Source: Tubiluchus corallicola
Lineage: Eukaryota > Animalia > Priapulida
DNA length: 64,000 nt
Assembly (NCBI GenBank): GCA_030141605.1
Contig: JAQGDQ010000428.1
Span: 62,001 to 126,000 of the forward strand
Reading direction: 5' to 3'
Shown: in pieces, positions 33,701 through 46,895 of the stretch
Position numbering within the stretch: the first letter of the stretch is position 1
How the letters are laid out: the number at the start of each line of letters is the position of its first letter
The notes under the pieces: generated by a model
What the model saw: the letters and a program-made list of their open reading frames with translations, nothing else
Told to the model about the DNA's origin: nothing
Database searches by the model: none
Program-made: the position numbers and the translations under genes

Positions 33701-36700
33701 AAATGCCCACCATGACTAGCTGCTCGGGCGAACGATTTGCGTTATGGTTGCCATAATGCTAAATCTATTTAGTTTTGCTTTAAACTATATTGGTACTAAC
33801 TTTCAAGTCTTGCTTCCCGTACCGAGGTCTACTTCCCACTTTCAAGTGAGGTGATATTATTGAATTTATCTAGGAAGTGTTAGGTAAGCGTAAAACACCG
33901 AATTTGTTGTCCAAACACTGCTATTGGTCATATGATGTTTGCTAAATGCCTAGTAGCAGAAAATTGGTTACTTTTATAACCCAAAAATGAAATGTTTTTA
34001 ATTGCCGTTTGTACCTGTAACGGTAGGCATGTATAGAATTCTGCCTACAAAATGGTGTTTCATAACATTACGTTATTTCAGATTAGTACTCAACCTAAAA
34101 AGATGGCTTTAGGAATTTATCTCAAGTTTCAGGGCTGTGGTTTTTGAGTACACCACGGCGTTATTTACCGTCTGGTTTCTCAAATTGTTGTTGATTTCTT
34201 CGCTTTTTTTGCCTTGTGTGGGTCAGCTAGCTATAACTGTGTTTCACTTTGTACATAATATCGATATATATATATATATATATGCATCATGAGGCGATAC
34301 AAATCAAATACCTAGTTCTCATAAGTCATATGCCTGTATAAACATGGAAAATAAATTGTACACTGTACTTTACATATTACGTGTAAGCAACTAAGTATAC
34401 TGACGTCTTGAACCCAGTCCTTGACAACAGATTGAACTATTGCTTGTAACTAATAATAGAAGTTGGCTCTCATTATGCAGATTAAACTTCTGATGGGAGC
34501 TTTATACGATAGTCTAGATCTGGGAGAATTATAATGTAAGTTTGACCTCTGCCAGTAAAATTACAGTGGTTTGTAAAATATGTATTTAAGCTACAATCCT
34601 ATTGCAAAATTTGCTTCCAAATAAATTCCCAGAGGTAGCTGACATTTTTATTACATTATCTGTGTTTTGTACCATATGCGAATGGTTAGTTACTAATTTT
34701 AAATCTAAACTAACTGATGTTAATAATTTTAAAGAGTTTTTTGTTGTCTTTGTAGCTACCATGCACAAGAGGGATTTCATTTATTTTTCATTTTTTGCAA
34801 TAAAATATTTAGACCTGATGATGTGATAATTTTATAATGACTGACCTATTGAGAACTGACTGTGTCCTATAAAGGTGGGATGGGGTGATAGGTGACTGAT
34901 TATTGAGTTTGTGGATTAGTTTTATACGTGCCTGCACTTTTTTAATGTCCAATGGCTTAGTGATTTTTAAGGTCATGTTAAGAAATAAAACTAGTTTATA
35001 ATGTCAACAAGTAGACGTAACCAGCCTCCTGGTAATCTGATCGCTGTGTGGCAAAAAATAATACATATTCTTACAAATTGTATTACGTAAAATAAGTTAA
35101 TAGAATGCGTCTGTGTTCATATGCATTGAGTACATCTGAGTGCAAATATGTAATGTATTTGTGCTGAGTAAGGTCTGAGTAGGGACTTTTGCAGGACTGC
35201 CTACTCAGTCAGTTTTTTTTCAGAAAACTGAAAACTTTTTATTTTTTTCAGCCTTTAGCAAGATCAGTAGGTTTGACAAACGTGAATGCCAAAAAGTTTC
35301 CTGAAAGTGCCTGGAAGATATTATTCTACTCATTCACATGGTCCTTGAGTGTGTACGTTGTTCTTGTCAGCGGACGATACAACTACTTTGAAGATCCATG
35401 TTCCGTATGGATCGGTAAGAAGTGCCTTATAACCTTCATGAAATCACATTACATTACATTACAATACAATACAACCCAACACACTTTACGACACACATGT
35501 CGATTATGTGACAATGATGTGATCAAGCACTTGTGCCATATTATCACATAGTATCACATTATTGGAGTGACTATAAACCAGACTAAGCAGGAATACACTA
35601 GTAAATCATCTCTATGTTTAAAACTGTACAAATAATAATGTTAGTATAGGATTACTAGTTATTTGGTTATTTTTATACTTTTTGTGGATTATGCCACATT
35701 TTCTGTATTTAGAGGTGGTTTGTTTAGACTGTGATTGTTGCAATAGTCTGTTTCCCAATATGGCCATCTAATGAGTGTTTTTGTGTGCTCCTCATTAATT
35801 AAATTATTTTTGCAGAATAGCAAATGTAATTAACTCAGCTTAATACCAAACCTGTGTGTGGTATGGTACTGCTTTCGCTAATCTGAATAAGTGCCACTAA
35901 CTTCTTTTAATGAGTGAATAATCTGATTAATGAGTGATTAAGTAAATGAATGAGTGAGTGGCAGTACATAAGTGTTCGTGCTTTACTTCCAGCAGCATTG
36001 CCTCTTTCTGCTTTTCGTAATTCTTGTTTCAACTTATGAAGTATGTTTTGACAAACTTTAATGTATTTTACTATTTTCAGAATGGTACATTGGAATGCCA
36101 GTTCCCAGAGACATTTATGCAATGTACATTGTTCAGTGCAGTTTCTACCTCCATTCTATTTATGGAACTATATTTCTTGACATTTGGCGTAAGGACACTG
36201 GAGTGATGCTAGTGCATCATCTTCTTACATTGGCTCTCATTGCTTTTTCATACGCTACACGGTAACTATAAATATAATTAGAAATACTCCTGAGAGATTG
36301 CACCAACCCACATTATAGTCTGAAGAAGACAGCTAATTTCTTAAAAACCTGCATAATAATATTATGGTGCAAAAACTACTTTTTCATTCTTCCCATTTTA
36401 TGTTAGATAGTTAGATATGTTAGGTAAGTTAGATAGGTTTACTTGAGCATAGATCAAAACACTAAGTTGGTCTAAAAGTAAGAAAAGTAGATTAAAATTT
36501 GAAAAATTCGAAAGTCAATTCGCTAGAATGGTTTTTGTATTTTAATTCACGTTGCTGTTTTTTTGCCGAGCCTTTGATGAAATTGTGACATCAGGTTATG
36601 TACATACATATGAATTAATTATACATGAACAAAGCTTTTCTGTACTTTTCTAAACCGAAGCAAAAATACATTTGAGAAGTAATGCATTTAATCATGGTTT

Positions 36701-39507
36701 GGTTATGTTAAAGGGATTGTTTTTTCATTTTGTCACATTTATGTTTTTAAAGCACTGTTAATCGTTTAACTTTTCATGATTTTAGGTACCACAAAATTGG
36801 CACTTTGGTGCTTCTTGTGCATGACATCACGGATATTCAGCTTGAATTCACAAAGTTGAATATTTATCTGCGCAATCGATATGGAGTTAAGCATATGCTG
36901 CATGAACATCTAGCTAACATAGGTTTTGGAATATTTACCGTGTGTTGGTAAGGATATTTGCTACTTTCAAAAAGCAGCAATTTTTATTTATTGAATTAGT
37001 TTTTGCCCGCTGATAACTAATTTTATTAGTTTATCAATTTTATTTATAATTTATTGTGAAAATAATCTTATTTAAAGTGTTATTAATTAAAATGTGTTAT
37101 GCATATTTTATCATCAAATGTGGATTTAGAAAAGTTTGAAAATTTATTTAATCAAAACATTTATATTAAAAGAGAATGAGAAAAATGCTAGAAGCTCCTA
37201 GCTGACTAGAGCTGGTTTGTAATATACCTAAGATTTAAAGCCAAAGCATTGATTTGCTGAACAATTACAGTGAGGCTGAAGTAAAACAAGTGGGACTGGC
37301 TTGCATTTGCCTAAAATTCTAAGGTTATACTTTTGAATAAAAGCATCCAATTGTTTGATTTTTTAAATGGGAAACTTTTTTAAATTATTTAAAATGCTGC
37401 AGTTCTTTATGCTCACAGCAAATACATTAAATTTTACAAAACTGTCTTTTATCTTTTAGGTTTATCTTTAGACTGTACTGGTATCCCTTAAAGGTATTGT
37501 TCAGTACAGGACATGGTGCAATGAATTATGGGCCTGACGAGAAAAACTTTTTTCTCTTTTTCAACAGTATGTTGTGGATTTTGCAATGTATGAATGTATA
37601 TTGGTTTGGGGTAAGTATTAAGTTAAGAAGTTAACAATACACTAATCCTATTCTTTGATTTTGTTGTGCTGAAAGTACTTGAGGCCCCAGAAGTGGGTTA
37701 CAACTTAGTGTTGAAGCACTAATAAACTTACAGCACTATTATTGCACAAAGATGTTTTTTCTAATTAATTAACATTGTGAGAAAGTCAAGTTGCAAAATA
37801 AACTTGAGTTTTCCGAAAAAATTACAAATTCTCTGAAGTATTTTTTACAAACATTTAGAGCATCTGTTTATAGACCACTTTTTTATTGATAGATCAAATT
37901 TTTTCATACGGATTGCAACTCAAAAATTTTATAATGTTTAAATATGTAAATTATGATGTAAATTTATTGATGTTTAAAACCTAACAATAACATTGATGCT
38001 TACATTGCAGTTCATTTTATTGTTCCTGTATAAGTTATTTACGGGACAAATGACAGAAGTCGATGATACTCGCGATTTTGATGCCGGTGAGGCAGAAAGA
38101 GAACGAAAGAGATTAGAGGCATTGCATTTACAAAGCGAAAAAGCAGAGCAAAAGAACGGCAAACATGAGCAGAATGGGTATGCAGATTATCATTTTGTCT
38201 AACTGAAACCGTATAGATAGGTAAACAAATTGAAAGTCTTTTTGAAGTGTGTGTGATGTTGTTGAAATGACAGACTTGATTGTAGTGTGACACTATGTTC
38301 ATATAACACCAACCCTTCACCACACACCTTGTCAACTTATTTTGATGTTGATAAACTGATCACACCATTTCACTAAACTCTCAGTTGTGTAAAATCAGCT
38401 GTATTGTGCTCATTTAACAAAAAAAAAATCATTCTCATTATCATCTCATCATAATCGTCATCCTTTTCATCATCATCGTCATTATCACCACCATCATCGA
38501 TATCATAATCATCATCATAATTGTCTTTTTAATTATTCTCATCATTATTATTGTTGTATCGTTATGAACATCATTGTAGCCAGTTGCTGTGTTTACTGCT
38601 TATTGTAGTCATCATCTTCATTTTCATCACGATTGTTAGCATCATCGCAAATATACATTAATTTGTTTTAAATGCTGAATGCAGGATACGACTTTTTGCG
38701 AGCTACACTTACACAGATTGAGCTACACTTACACAGATTGAGCTACACTTACACAGATTGAGCGACACTTACACAGATTAAGATACACTTACACATATTG
38801 AAGCATATTAATGCCACCTAGTATATGTAACAATTATATGAATATTCTTATTATTCTTTTTATGCAATCTGGTGGATTGCAAGCCAGAATCTAGCATCTA
38901 GATGCTAGGCTACAACTAACATTGTAGCACGGCTGAAATTTTGCAAATCACGAAGGTTAGTCCAGTGAGATAGTGATTTGGCACTTGGCAGCAGTGTTAG
39001 CAACTATGTGATTTATCTGCCTCAGTAAGAGAAATAGGAAATAGCGTAGCAGAAAAAAAATGCCAAAAAAAGTCACTTATCCATTCATTAACCAGGTTAA
39101 GCACTGTTTAATATGCTGATATTTACGAGGAGATTGCATGATAATTGGCAGTATGTTGATGTATGCAACCACATTTCATGCTAAACTGTAATATGTTGAC
39201 ATCTGCATAGTGAACTGTAGCATACTGACATTTGCAAGCAAATTGCATGGTAAATGACAATATGCTTAAGTCTGCAGCTGAACTGCTTAGTAGTGAATTG
39301 GTTGCATCATAGTTCTTGCATTGTAATTATAATATAGACTTATGGCCTAATACAGATATACTAAATAAGACCGAAGTTATAAGATAATCTAGCTTCTGAA
39401 AAGATTTTGCTTATTTCAGCGTAATCACGCGCATTGCTGACAGTGACCTTCAAGCAAACGGTGAGCCACCAGCACCGAGGAAGCGTCAAATAAAACGTAT
39501 AGACTAA
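27496..39507 (+). CDS. CERS1: Ceramide synthase 1 (TLC domain, Lag1p motif, no Hox-like domain), whole gene model, 7 exons, about 388 aa
   Basis: join(27496-27750,35252-35414,36081-36261,36786-36947,37460-37610,38011-38177,39420-39507), 1167 nt, consistent phases; CERS1-type MPGY, KFPESAWK, WRKDTGVMLVHH, HDITDIQLEFTKLNIY, FRLYWYPLKVL. Confidence 0.93.
28770..30530 (+). mobile_element. Decayed 5'-truncated non-LTR retrotransposon (LINE, possibly RTE-X-like), interrupted by a MITE
   Basis: Broken RT motifs GLKQG, FINDLP, CLMYVGD (YADD position), YGSEIW, RGELG, KLRTY, and C-terminal LAVETGRH...C-x2-C-x8-H-x4-C knuckle; many frameshifts and stops; clade assignment is tentative. Confidence 0.85.
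28912..29334. mobile_element. Non-autonomous DNA transposon (CAGGG-terminal, hAT-like), copy 2, nested in the LINE
   Basis: TIRs CAGGGTTCCCAC / GCGGGAACCCTG; subterminal GGAAAAGTCA repeats; flanks CTTCGA / CTTCTT may be an imperfect 6-bp TSD. Confidence 0.9.
31783..32010. repeat. Local diverged tandem duplication, 2 copies
   Basis: AGAATTG(A/G)TTAGTGAAAGCA...TTAGTAT and TTATGAATTGAAAA..CCCA..TTAA..TTTTCG each occur twice. Confidence 0.6.
34264..34283. repeat. (AT)n microsatellite
   Basis: About 10 perfect AT units. Confidence 0.9.
35252..35414 (+). CDS. CERS1: CERS1 exon 2
   Basis: PLARSVGL...KKFPESAWKILFY; tttttttcag acceptor, G|GTAAGA donor. Confidence 0.95.
36081..36261 (+). CDS. CERS1: CERS1 exon 3
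   Basis: GMPVPRDI...SFYLHSIYGT...WRKDTGVMLVHHLLT (catalytic HH). Confidence 0.96.
36786..36947 (+). CDS. CERS1: CERS1 exon 4
   Basis: YHKIGTLVLLVHDITDIQLEFTKLNIY (second half of Lag1p motif); donor TG|GTAAGG. Confidence 0.96.
37460..37610 (+). CDS. CERS1: CERS1 exon 5
   Basis: FIFRLYWYPLKVL...FFNSMLWILQCMNVYWF; donor GTAAGT. Confidence 0.96.
38011..38177 (+). CDS. CERS1: CERS1 exon 6 (reads to a stop at 38202 if unspliced)
   Basis: FILLFLYKLFTGQMTEVDDTRDFD; donor GG|GTATGC. Confidence 0.9.
38428..38645. repeat. Degenerate (ATC/ATT)n low-complexity tract
   Basis: Repeated tcatcatc and attatt trinucleotide runs. Confidence 0.7.
38701..38800. repeat. 20-bp minisatellite, 5 copies
   Basis: AGCTACACTTACACAGATTG three times perfect plus two diverged copies; no spacers. 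Confidence 0.97.
39420..39507 (+). CDS. CERS1: CERS1 probable terminal exon 7
   Basis: ttttgcttatttcag acceptor; phase 2 matches exon 6; (G)VITRIADSDLQANGEPPAPRKRQIKRID*; GC-richer than flanking intron. Confidence 0.7.
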
Positions 39508-42500
39508 AGGCAGTCTTTAACATGGGGTGACATGTGATGAATAAACACAAGATGAACCAGTGCCGAAGTATTCTATACCCTGATTTGCTGGCTACTTTTT
39601 GATCAAAATTTTCACTGTTTCTTACTGATTTTGAAACTTACTGAATTTGACTGCATTCTCACCAAAAAAAAGCTTTCAAATTGGTGCATTGATATCTTTA
39701 ATTCTAGTTGCATTAGTAATTTTGTACCAGTTAATTCCAGTTAAAAACTGTAGATATATTTTTATTGTGATATAATTTGGTAACTAAATTTTTGATAATT
39801 AATCACTACGAATAATAGTACATTATGTTGGTAAGCAAAATTATTTGCGTATTACATTTAGTATCATGATATAATATCAATATCGCTTGTTCACAACATT
39901 GCTTTTATTCCAAATATCTTCACCAGTTTTGCATATTTGTAAAATATCTGGGTAAAAAGGTGTTGTGTTGCGTTTTGAAGTTGTTTGAGGTATTTTTAAG
40001 CTTGTTGGTTAAACTTGCTTCAGGAGTAGTTGAAAAAAGAGGAAAAGAAGCAGATGATTTCTACATACGGCAAATAGTTCTGCTTAAAAGAATTTCATAT
40101 AAAATTGTGACTATAATCTGTGACAAAACTATGTTTATCATAATAAGTGCATACATGTAACTTAGCAAACATATCCCAACTTGGGGTGTTTATTTGCATA
40201 CATGAATGGCTTTAGTAGTTGTCGAGTTGTAAATGTTTTAGTTACACAAGTAGTGACTAGAGTGGATTTGGTTTTCAAAATTATTGATCAGTTATTTTGT
40301 GTGTAACTCTAATTCTTATTATAAAATGTAGTCAGCACAGAAGGATTAAACTGCAAGACTGCATATGCATTATGGCCTCATGAACAAAACAGTGATCTGG
40401 ATCTGTATTTTTAGATATACGTTAAGTGATTATTTTACCTTTTACATGACTATCTTCTATAGTATGCTTGAAATTAACAATTTTTTCAAAAAATATTCTT
40501 GTATATTTACCTGTCGAAACTCATAATTTTCTTTGCTATTATTGCATAGGTATTATTACTTACTTAGCTGTGGTCAAATTCATTTTGTTTTGTGCACGAT
40601 TGTCCAGTGCCACCTGTGGAAAGAGAATGTGAACTATTTCAAAAGTTTCATTTTGAATTACCGGCATTTCTATAATTAACTTCCAATTGGAATGATTAAC
40701 TTAAAGTTTCAATTGTATGTCAATTTTTAGTGGCTGTCTGGAAGTTTGTAAAGAGCACATGGTGCTGTGTTTATAATGAGTGTTTATATAAGAGTAACGT
40801 GTAAAGATTTGCATGCTTTTTGCCGTTGATGTAGTAGTAATTTCTATTTTACTCAAGTTCTGGTGGCGTTGTTAAATTAGCAGTGGTTGCAGTGGAAGTG
40901 TCGATGCAATGCATGTGGACTTTGATAGTTGTCTGCTGTCGGATGACACACTTTCCTGTTAACATTTGTACACTGTTATCATTAATACTTTTGCTGTAAA
41001 TAGATCTATATTAGTTGATGGTAGGTTTGTAGAACTTATATTGGTGTCTAACAATATCGTTTTTTGCTTGTTAATCAAATTGTTTAAAAGCTGTTGTTTT
41101 CGTTGATAATTAGTTTTTGTTTGGACTGGTGTCAAGCTGATTTTTAGCAGCCTTACATTGTTACTCAGCGGAGATTTGGTCATTAATGCTTATTGGTGTT
41201 TCCCAGAACTTTGTCTTCATCTGTAGTGTTAAATATTTTTTTATTTCAGATATTTTTGTACCAGACTAACTTCATTGATTAATAATTGCTGTGGAATGAG
41301 TTGCCACAGTTTTTGCTGTTTGTGTATGATATTTTGTAATTTGTAAATTTTATATTGAATACAGGTTAAGTGTCCATAACTATTTATGACAATTCAAAAT
41401 TACAAGCATTTTGAATAGCTTTTGTGTAAACTTTCCATTGTACTGTAATGGTATGTATTTACACACTTTCATTGATATACACAAATTGTTATACGTACAC
41501 ACCATTACAGTGTATTACATATAACTGTGGTAACACACATATAGGGCTAAACTACTACTTGTTATCTACATGTGACTAGAACTGCTGTACATATTAGCAG
41601 CCTGTATATGCAATACCGAAAGACGTTGGCCAGTGGGCAACCACATAATTGTACTTATAAAGTAATACTGTAGATTGCCTATTAGTACTATATATAAGAA
41701 CAGTTGTGGTCTCAATTAGATGAAAAGCTAGTTTAGCCCATGTATGTGAACAGCTAGAAGTAACTGATTGGCTGATATAGTTATATCTGAGTATTGTAAT
41801 GTGTGGAATAACAAATTTCTGTTCTTTGTATCATTATGTTACTAGTTACATTAAAATTTGAATTTTTAAATTAAATTTAAACCATGTTTTTGTTACTTGG
41901 TTTTGTAGACCTGAATTTACAACTAAGCAGTTTACATGTAATATTTTAATTAATGTGCAATACTGTAATAAGGAAATTGTATTTGAATAGTGAGACACGT
42001 GAAGCTAAAATCAGGAAAGTGTATAGACTAGTCCATGTTCAGATTCACAGAACTCCTTATTTTCATTCTGCTGCCATTACAGTCATTGATGCATATTATG
42101 AAATTCGTAGTTGTCATGACCTGGCAACTGTAACTATCATAGTAGCAATGACCATGTAGCAATGACCAATATTAATTCAAATTTTTCTGACTTGTTTCAG
42201 TTGAAAGATAATTTTGGTAAATGGGGATGCCTGTGTTGTAGACACTTCTACAATATGTTTATTATTTAAAAGATGTAGCGTCGCCATTCATTAAGAAAAA
42301 AAACAAAGCATTCAGAGAAATTATTGTGCCCTTTAAATATAGCAGGATGACATTAATTTATCATTATCGTTATGTATCAATTAAGCGAAATGCATGGTTC
42401 TATGAATCTGCACACTTATCCCCATTTTGAGTATACTTCAAGTAAATCTTGTTATCTCAAATTTCAGTTTTCAAGTTGAATTGTTGTATAGAATTATTAG

Positions 42501-45500
42501 TTAGCGTTCTATAATTACATTGATGCTGTTGTTCATTGTTTTTGTTTGTTAGGTGTTATTTACATTGTATATGTATCTGGATGAACACGAGCTTGTGACC
42601 ACATGTTTGAAGTTGAGGCAACAAGGCTTGGAGCTGGTGTGACTAAATTGCTTATAGATAGCCATGTACTCTAGCCTTGATAAAGTATATTTTGTTTTGT
42701 GTTATAGGCCTACTGAAAAGAAATTTATTTTACACATTACAAACAAATTTGTATTGCCGTTTTACCCATTGGCATCGCAGATGTTTATCAGTTTGACTAT
42801 GTTACTTTCAGAAATATGAAACAGTTGTTATGTATAACTAATTTTACTCTACATTAAGTGGCGTGGAACTGTTCCAGTGGATGCAGAAAGCTTAAATTCT
42901 GAGTTAAGTAACGTTCAGGTTAGAGTGATGGCACTAGTACCAGACACCAGTTTAAATTGAGTAGTAGTGTTGTGTACAATTCATAAATAAAAACAAAAAA
43001 GTAGTTAATCACAATAATGTTTTCCCCAAAATATCATTTTTTGCCAATAAACCTTGTTGTGATTAAGTATTTTTTGATTTTTTTAATACAGTATCTGTTA
43101 CAGGTTTAATACTAACATTGTAGTTTGGTTATGTATAACACATCACCCTCTGGAAATGAATGACAAGGACAAACTATTAGCACTTCCTTTAGATTTGTCC
43201 CAAATTCTCACATATAATTAAACTGTTTTATTGATGTTTGCTAATTTTTCATTTGAACTTTTAATATAGTTAAGTAATTGTGATCAATTTTTCGCCACTT
43301 TGTTGTATAAGATGATTAGTCCAAAATTGTTAACCTCTGCTATAGACATTATTTTTATGCTGCACATAAATATTGAATTTTTACATATTCATGTTAAATA
43401 AGGGTAAACACTGATATTAGTTTAATAATAATATTATTTTTTTGTTTTTGCTTCAGTAAATTTAAGTGCGGATGTAAAACAGTTGTGTGTCTACTGGACA
43501 CAGTTTCATGAATGTGGCAACAATTTTGAGCTGAATTTGGAGGATAGGACAACAGAACATAAAACTGGTTCTTTATTTTATAATAGCTTTATTGTTAGTT
43601 TTTTTGTACAGTATTGCATTGGCTTACAACAGTGTGTGATGCGTACTCGTGTTTCTCTATTTTAGAAGTGACTGTCATTAGCATATTATGTGTACGTATG
43701 TATTAAAAGTTAGAATGACAATCTTATTGTGAGCTAATGCAGGGAAAAGACACAGTGACGTTACTAATTCAAATCACAAGTTAACAATGAGCTGCCTTTT
43801 TAACAAGTAAGATGTGATTTTTATTAGTATTTTAGTTGTTAATTGTACTGCATAGAGAAACGATTTGTACATGTTGACACGTTTCCAGAATACAGCTATG
43901 ATGTCAATTGTCCAACATTGTTTTATGTCATTTTCTATTCATTTATTTCACAAAATATACATACACATTTACGTAAGAAACCACCTAATTTGTGTTTCGT
44001 GCAAAGCTAAGAATTGAGATTACAGAAGGCGCTTGAGAATCTATGAAGCAAGCTTATAGTATGCCAATTTCGTTTAGAAACAATAGTGGACTTATCTTTG
44101 TGGTTAATAACAACGTGAACAACAACAACGAATCAACAACTCCCGATCATTATTATTATTAACAAAACCTTTTGCCTAATGGCACATATGTAAAAGTGTG
44201 CAGCTTACTAAATACATGTATAATTTCCATGTGTAAGAGTTTCGTGTCTACAATCTTCCTTGAAAAATATGGTCAATAATAAAGAAAGCTTAAAATATAA
44301 AAAAGTTATGCGCAAAATACATACTGAAATATCGACGTTTTATGTAAAATACATAAAGAATCTAATTTCATACTGAACATTACTAAATCAAAGCAGCATT
44401 ATAGTAGCAGTAACATAATAATGTGCCATTATATATGGCATGGATTACATGTACAGCGGTTACGTTTTTTAAGTTGCATTCACTTCTATAGATGGCGCAG
44501 CATGCTAAAATGAACTGTAGGTTAAGCGTACGTGGCAAGGGAATGATTCCCATACTCATAGTCCCTTACTTTTACCGCGTTGCTGCCGTTTTTTTGGCAA
44601 CTATAACACTTAAAATTGGTGATGACATTTATAATGTCATTTAATATGAATAGTAAAGATTGCGTGGTCGTAAGGCTTTTTGCACACAGATCTTTCTTTA
44701 AGTTAAATCTTTACTTTCAACTAGTGCACATTACAATGTACGTGCGTGTTTTGTGTGATTGTATATCTGCTTAGAAAAATTGTTAAAAGTACAGTGTTAG
44801 GTTTTCCAAGAGTTGGCCGCAGATTGCTTTTTCAGCTAGTTTAGTGGCTTAGATAAGAATTCAAGGCTGCTGATTATCAGCAATTAGTTTAATAAGAGCG
44901 CATTTTCACGTTCGGAGAATGTTCAAAAAATTTACTAATTTGGCTGGCAGCAAAATGTCGAGATATTTTCCATATCGCTAAAGTTGGTAGAACAGGAACA
45001 TAGCAGAATTATAGTTTTCTTGTGTTTTGCTCATTAACCAAAGAAAAAGTGTCATAGCAGTTGTTTTTTTCTTGGATTTCACCTTTAATTGAGCTAAATT
45101 TATTATAAAACCCGCAGGCCGGCTCAGTTGAGATCAGTTGACAGAACAAGTTTTCTAGTTTCATGTCTATCGAGCAAAGCGAGAACAACACTCCTCTGAA
45201 TTAAAAATTTAGAAACGATTTCTGTAGAATTACTCGGTTATTATTGCCATCCAGGTATCCAGCTATCTCACATCACCTTCAATCAGATTTTTCTTTTCAG
45301 CGCCAATTTCACGTGATTAATGTGATAATGTCTCATTTCGGGACTCTGTACAACTTGCTTTCCCACGCTTATAATATAAATGTATCCAGTGACTATCTAC
45401 TATGGATTTCCGGTCAAAAGAGCTCTCTCTTGGCAACGCATGAAAAGAACATTATTGTTGGTCACGCACTGGAAAATCTGTAGGACATTTCGACGTTCCG

Positions 45501-46895
45501 CAGCCCAGGCTACTGTTGTGAGGCAATCTGTATGGCGTTTTGTCGCACTGTCAGGTAAATTATTATTTGAGGATAAATGATGTTAACTGCACAAAACCCA
45601 TTTGGTCAGCCGTGCACGTGTAAATGTTGAAATTACTTTCATTCGTCAACTACAAGCGGGGTACCACTGAGAATTATAGACAAGCGGATTTATTCTTAAG
45701 ACTTAACTTATTTCTGCTTCAAATTGGATTTGACAAATTGGACCTGCATTAAAATTGAAGATAAATGTTTTTAACTATACAAAAATCCCTGTTTGGTCAG
45801 TCATGCGCATAAATTATTTCCCCTCAGAAGGGCTTATGTGCAGTTATAATGGGTTAAATAATCCTCCAAACCCAACTAATTTCTTCCCTTTAAAAGACCT
45901 TTCCGACATGAAAAACGTAAACAGACAAACACTATAGTTTGAGCGTACATAACCAAATTTTTAACTCGCGTATGATGTACAGTATACAGAAACATAAAGT
46001 TTTGTCATATTGAACCGTAATACCGTATGATGTTACGTTATCCCACTAATCATTTTTATTTCAAGATTACTGATAAAAAGAACCCACCATACATAACCCC
46101 ATTTGTTGTTATAAAATATGGTTGAACATTAGGTGTGGTAATTCAAATTTATAATTAGTTTAACGAATCTAACATATCATAGTGCTAAAGAAATTACTAA
46201 CCATTTATACGAAGTGTTACTATTTTTGGAAGGTTGGGCATTTAAGTTAATCCGTGCTAATCCCCCTTTCCGTCAAAATTTTTTAAAATTTTAATATGCT
46301 TGATTTTGAATTAATTTATTCCTTATTAATGATAAATAGTTAATCACCTGCATTGAAACGGCGCTACCACATCACCCAGCACCTCATTAGAAATAAAGGC
46401 TTTTTCGTCTCACTGACGGAACACAACATCACACTATAATATATGTAATGGCCCTGTCATTATATCATATCATAATCATTCATACAATAATTATAATGTT
46501 ACATAGTTTACTTTCGCCTGCTCGCTGTCTATACTGTCTGCTATCTGCTGTTTATCAGCACACACACCAGAGTCAGATAATTAATAAGGCATATACATAT
46601 ACTCCCTTCTTAGTTGTTCTGTCTGTCTGTGTGTGTGTGTGTCAGCCTTTCTCTTAATCTACATCAAACAATACGTAAAATTATAGTTATATCAATACGC
46701 ATTACGGCCCGGCCGTATTTACTAGAAACGAATTATGACAAAAGCTCACAAATTATAATTATTTGTATTTTTCGCATGAAAAGATTATAGTTAATTATAA
46801 ATACAGTATATAATACTACGCTGCGTCTGCAAAAGAACTACATCACTGGTACAGCATCTACTCGATCTACCCTTGCACTACATAGTGGGTTAGGT

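Noticed and set aside
38701-38800. 20-bp repeats as a CRISPR-like array
   Set aside because: Units are contiguous with no spacers, in a eukaryotic intron; this is a minisatellite
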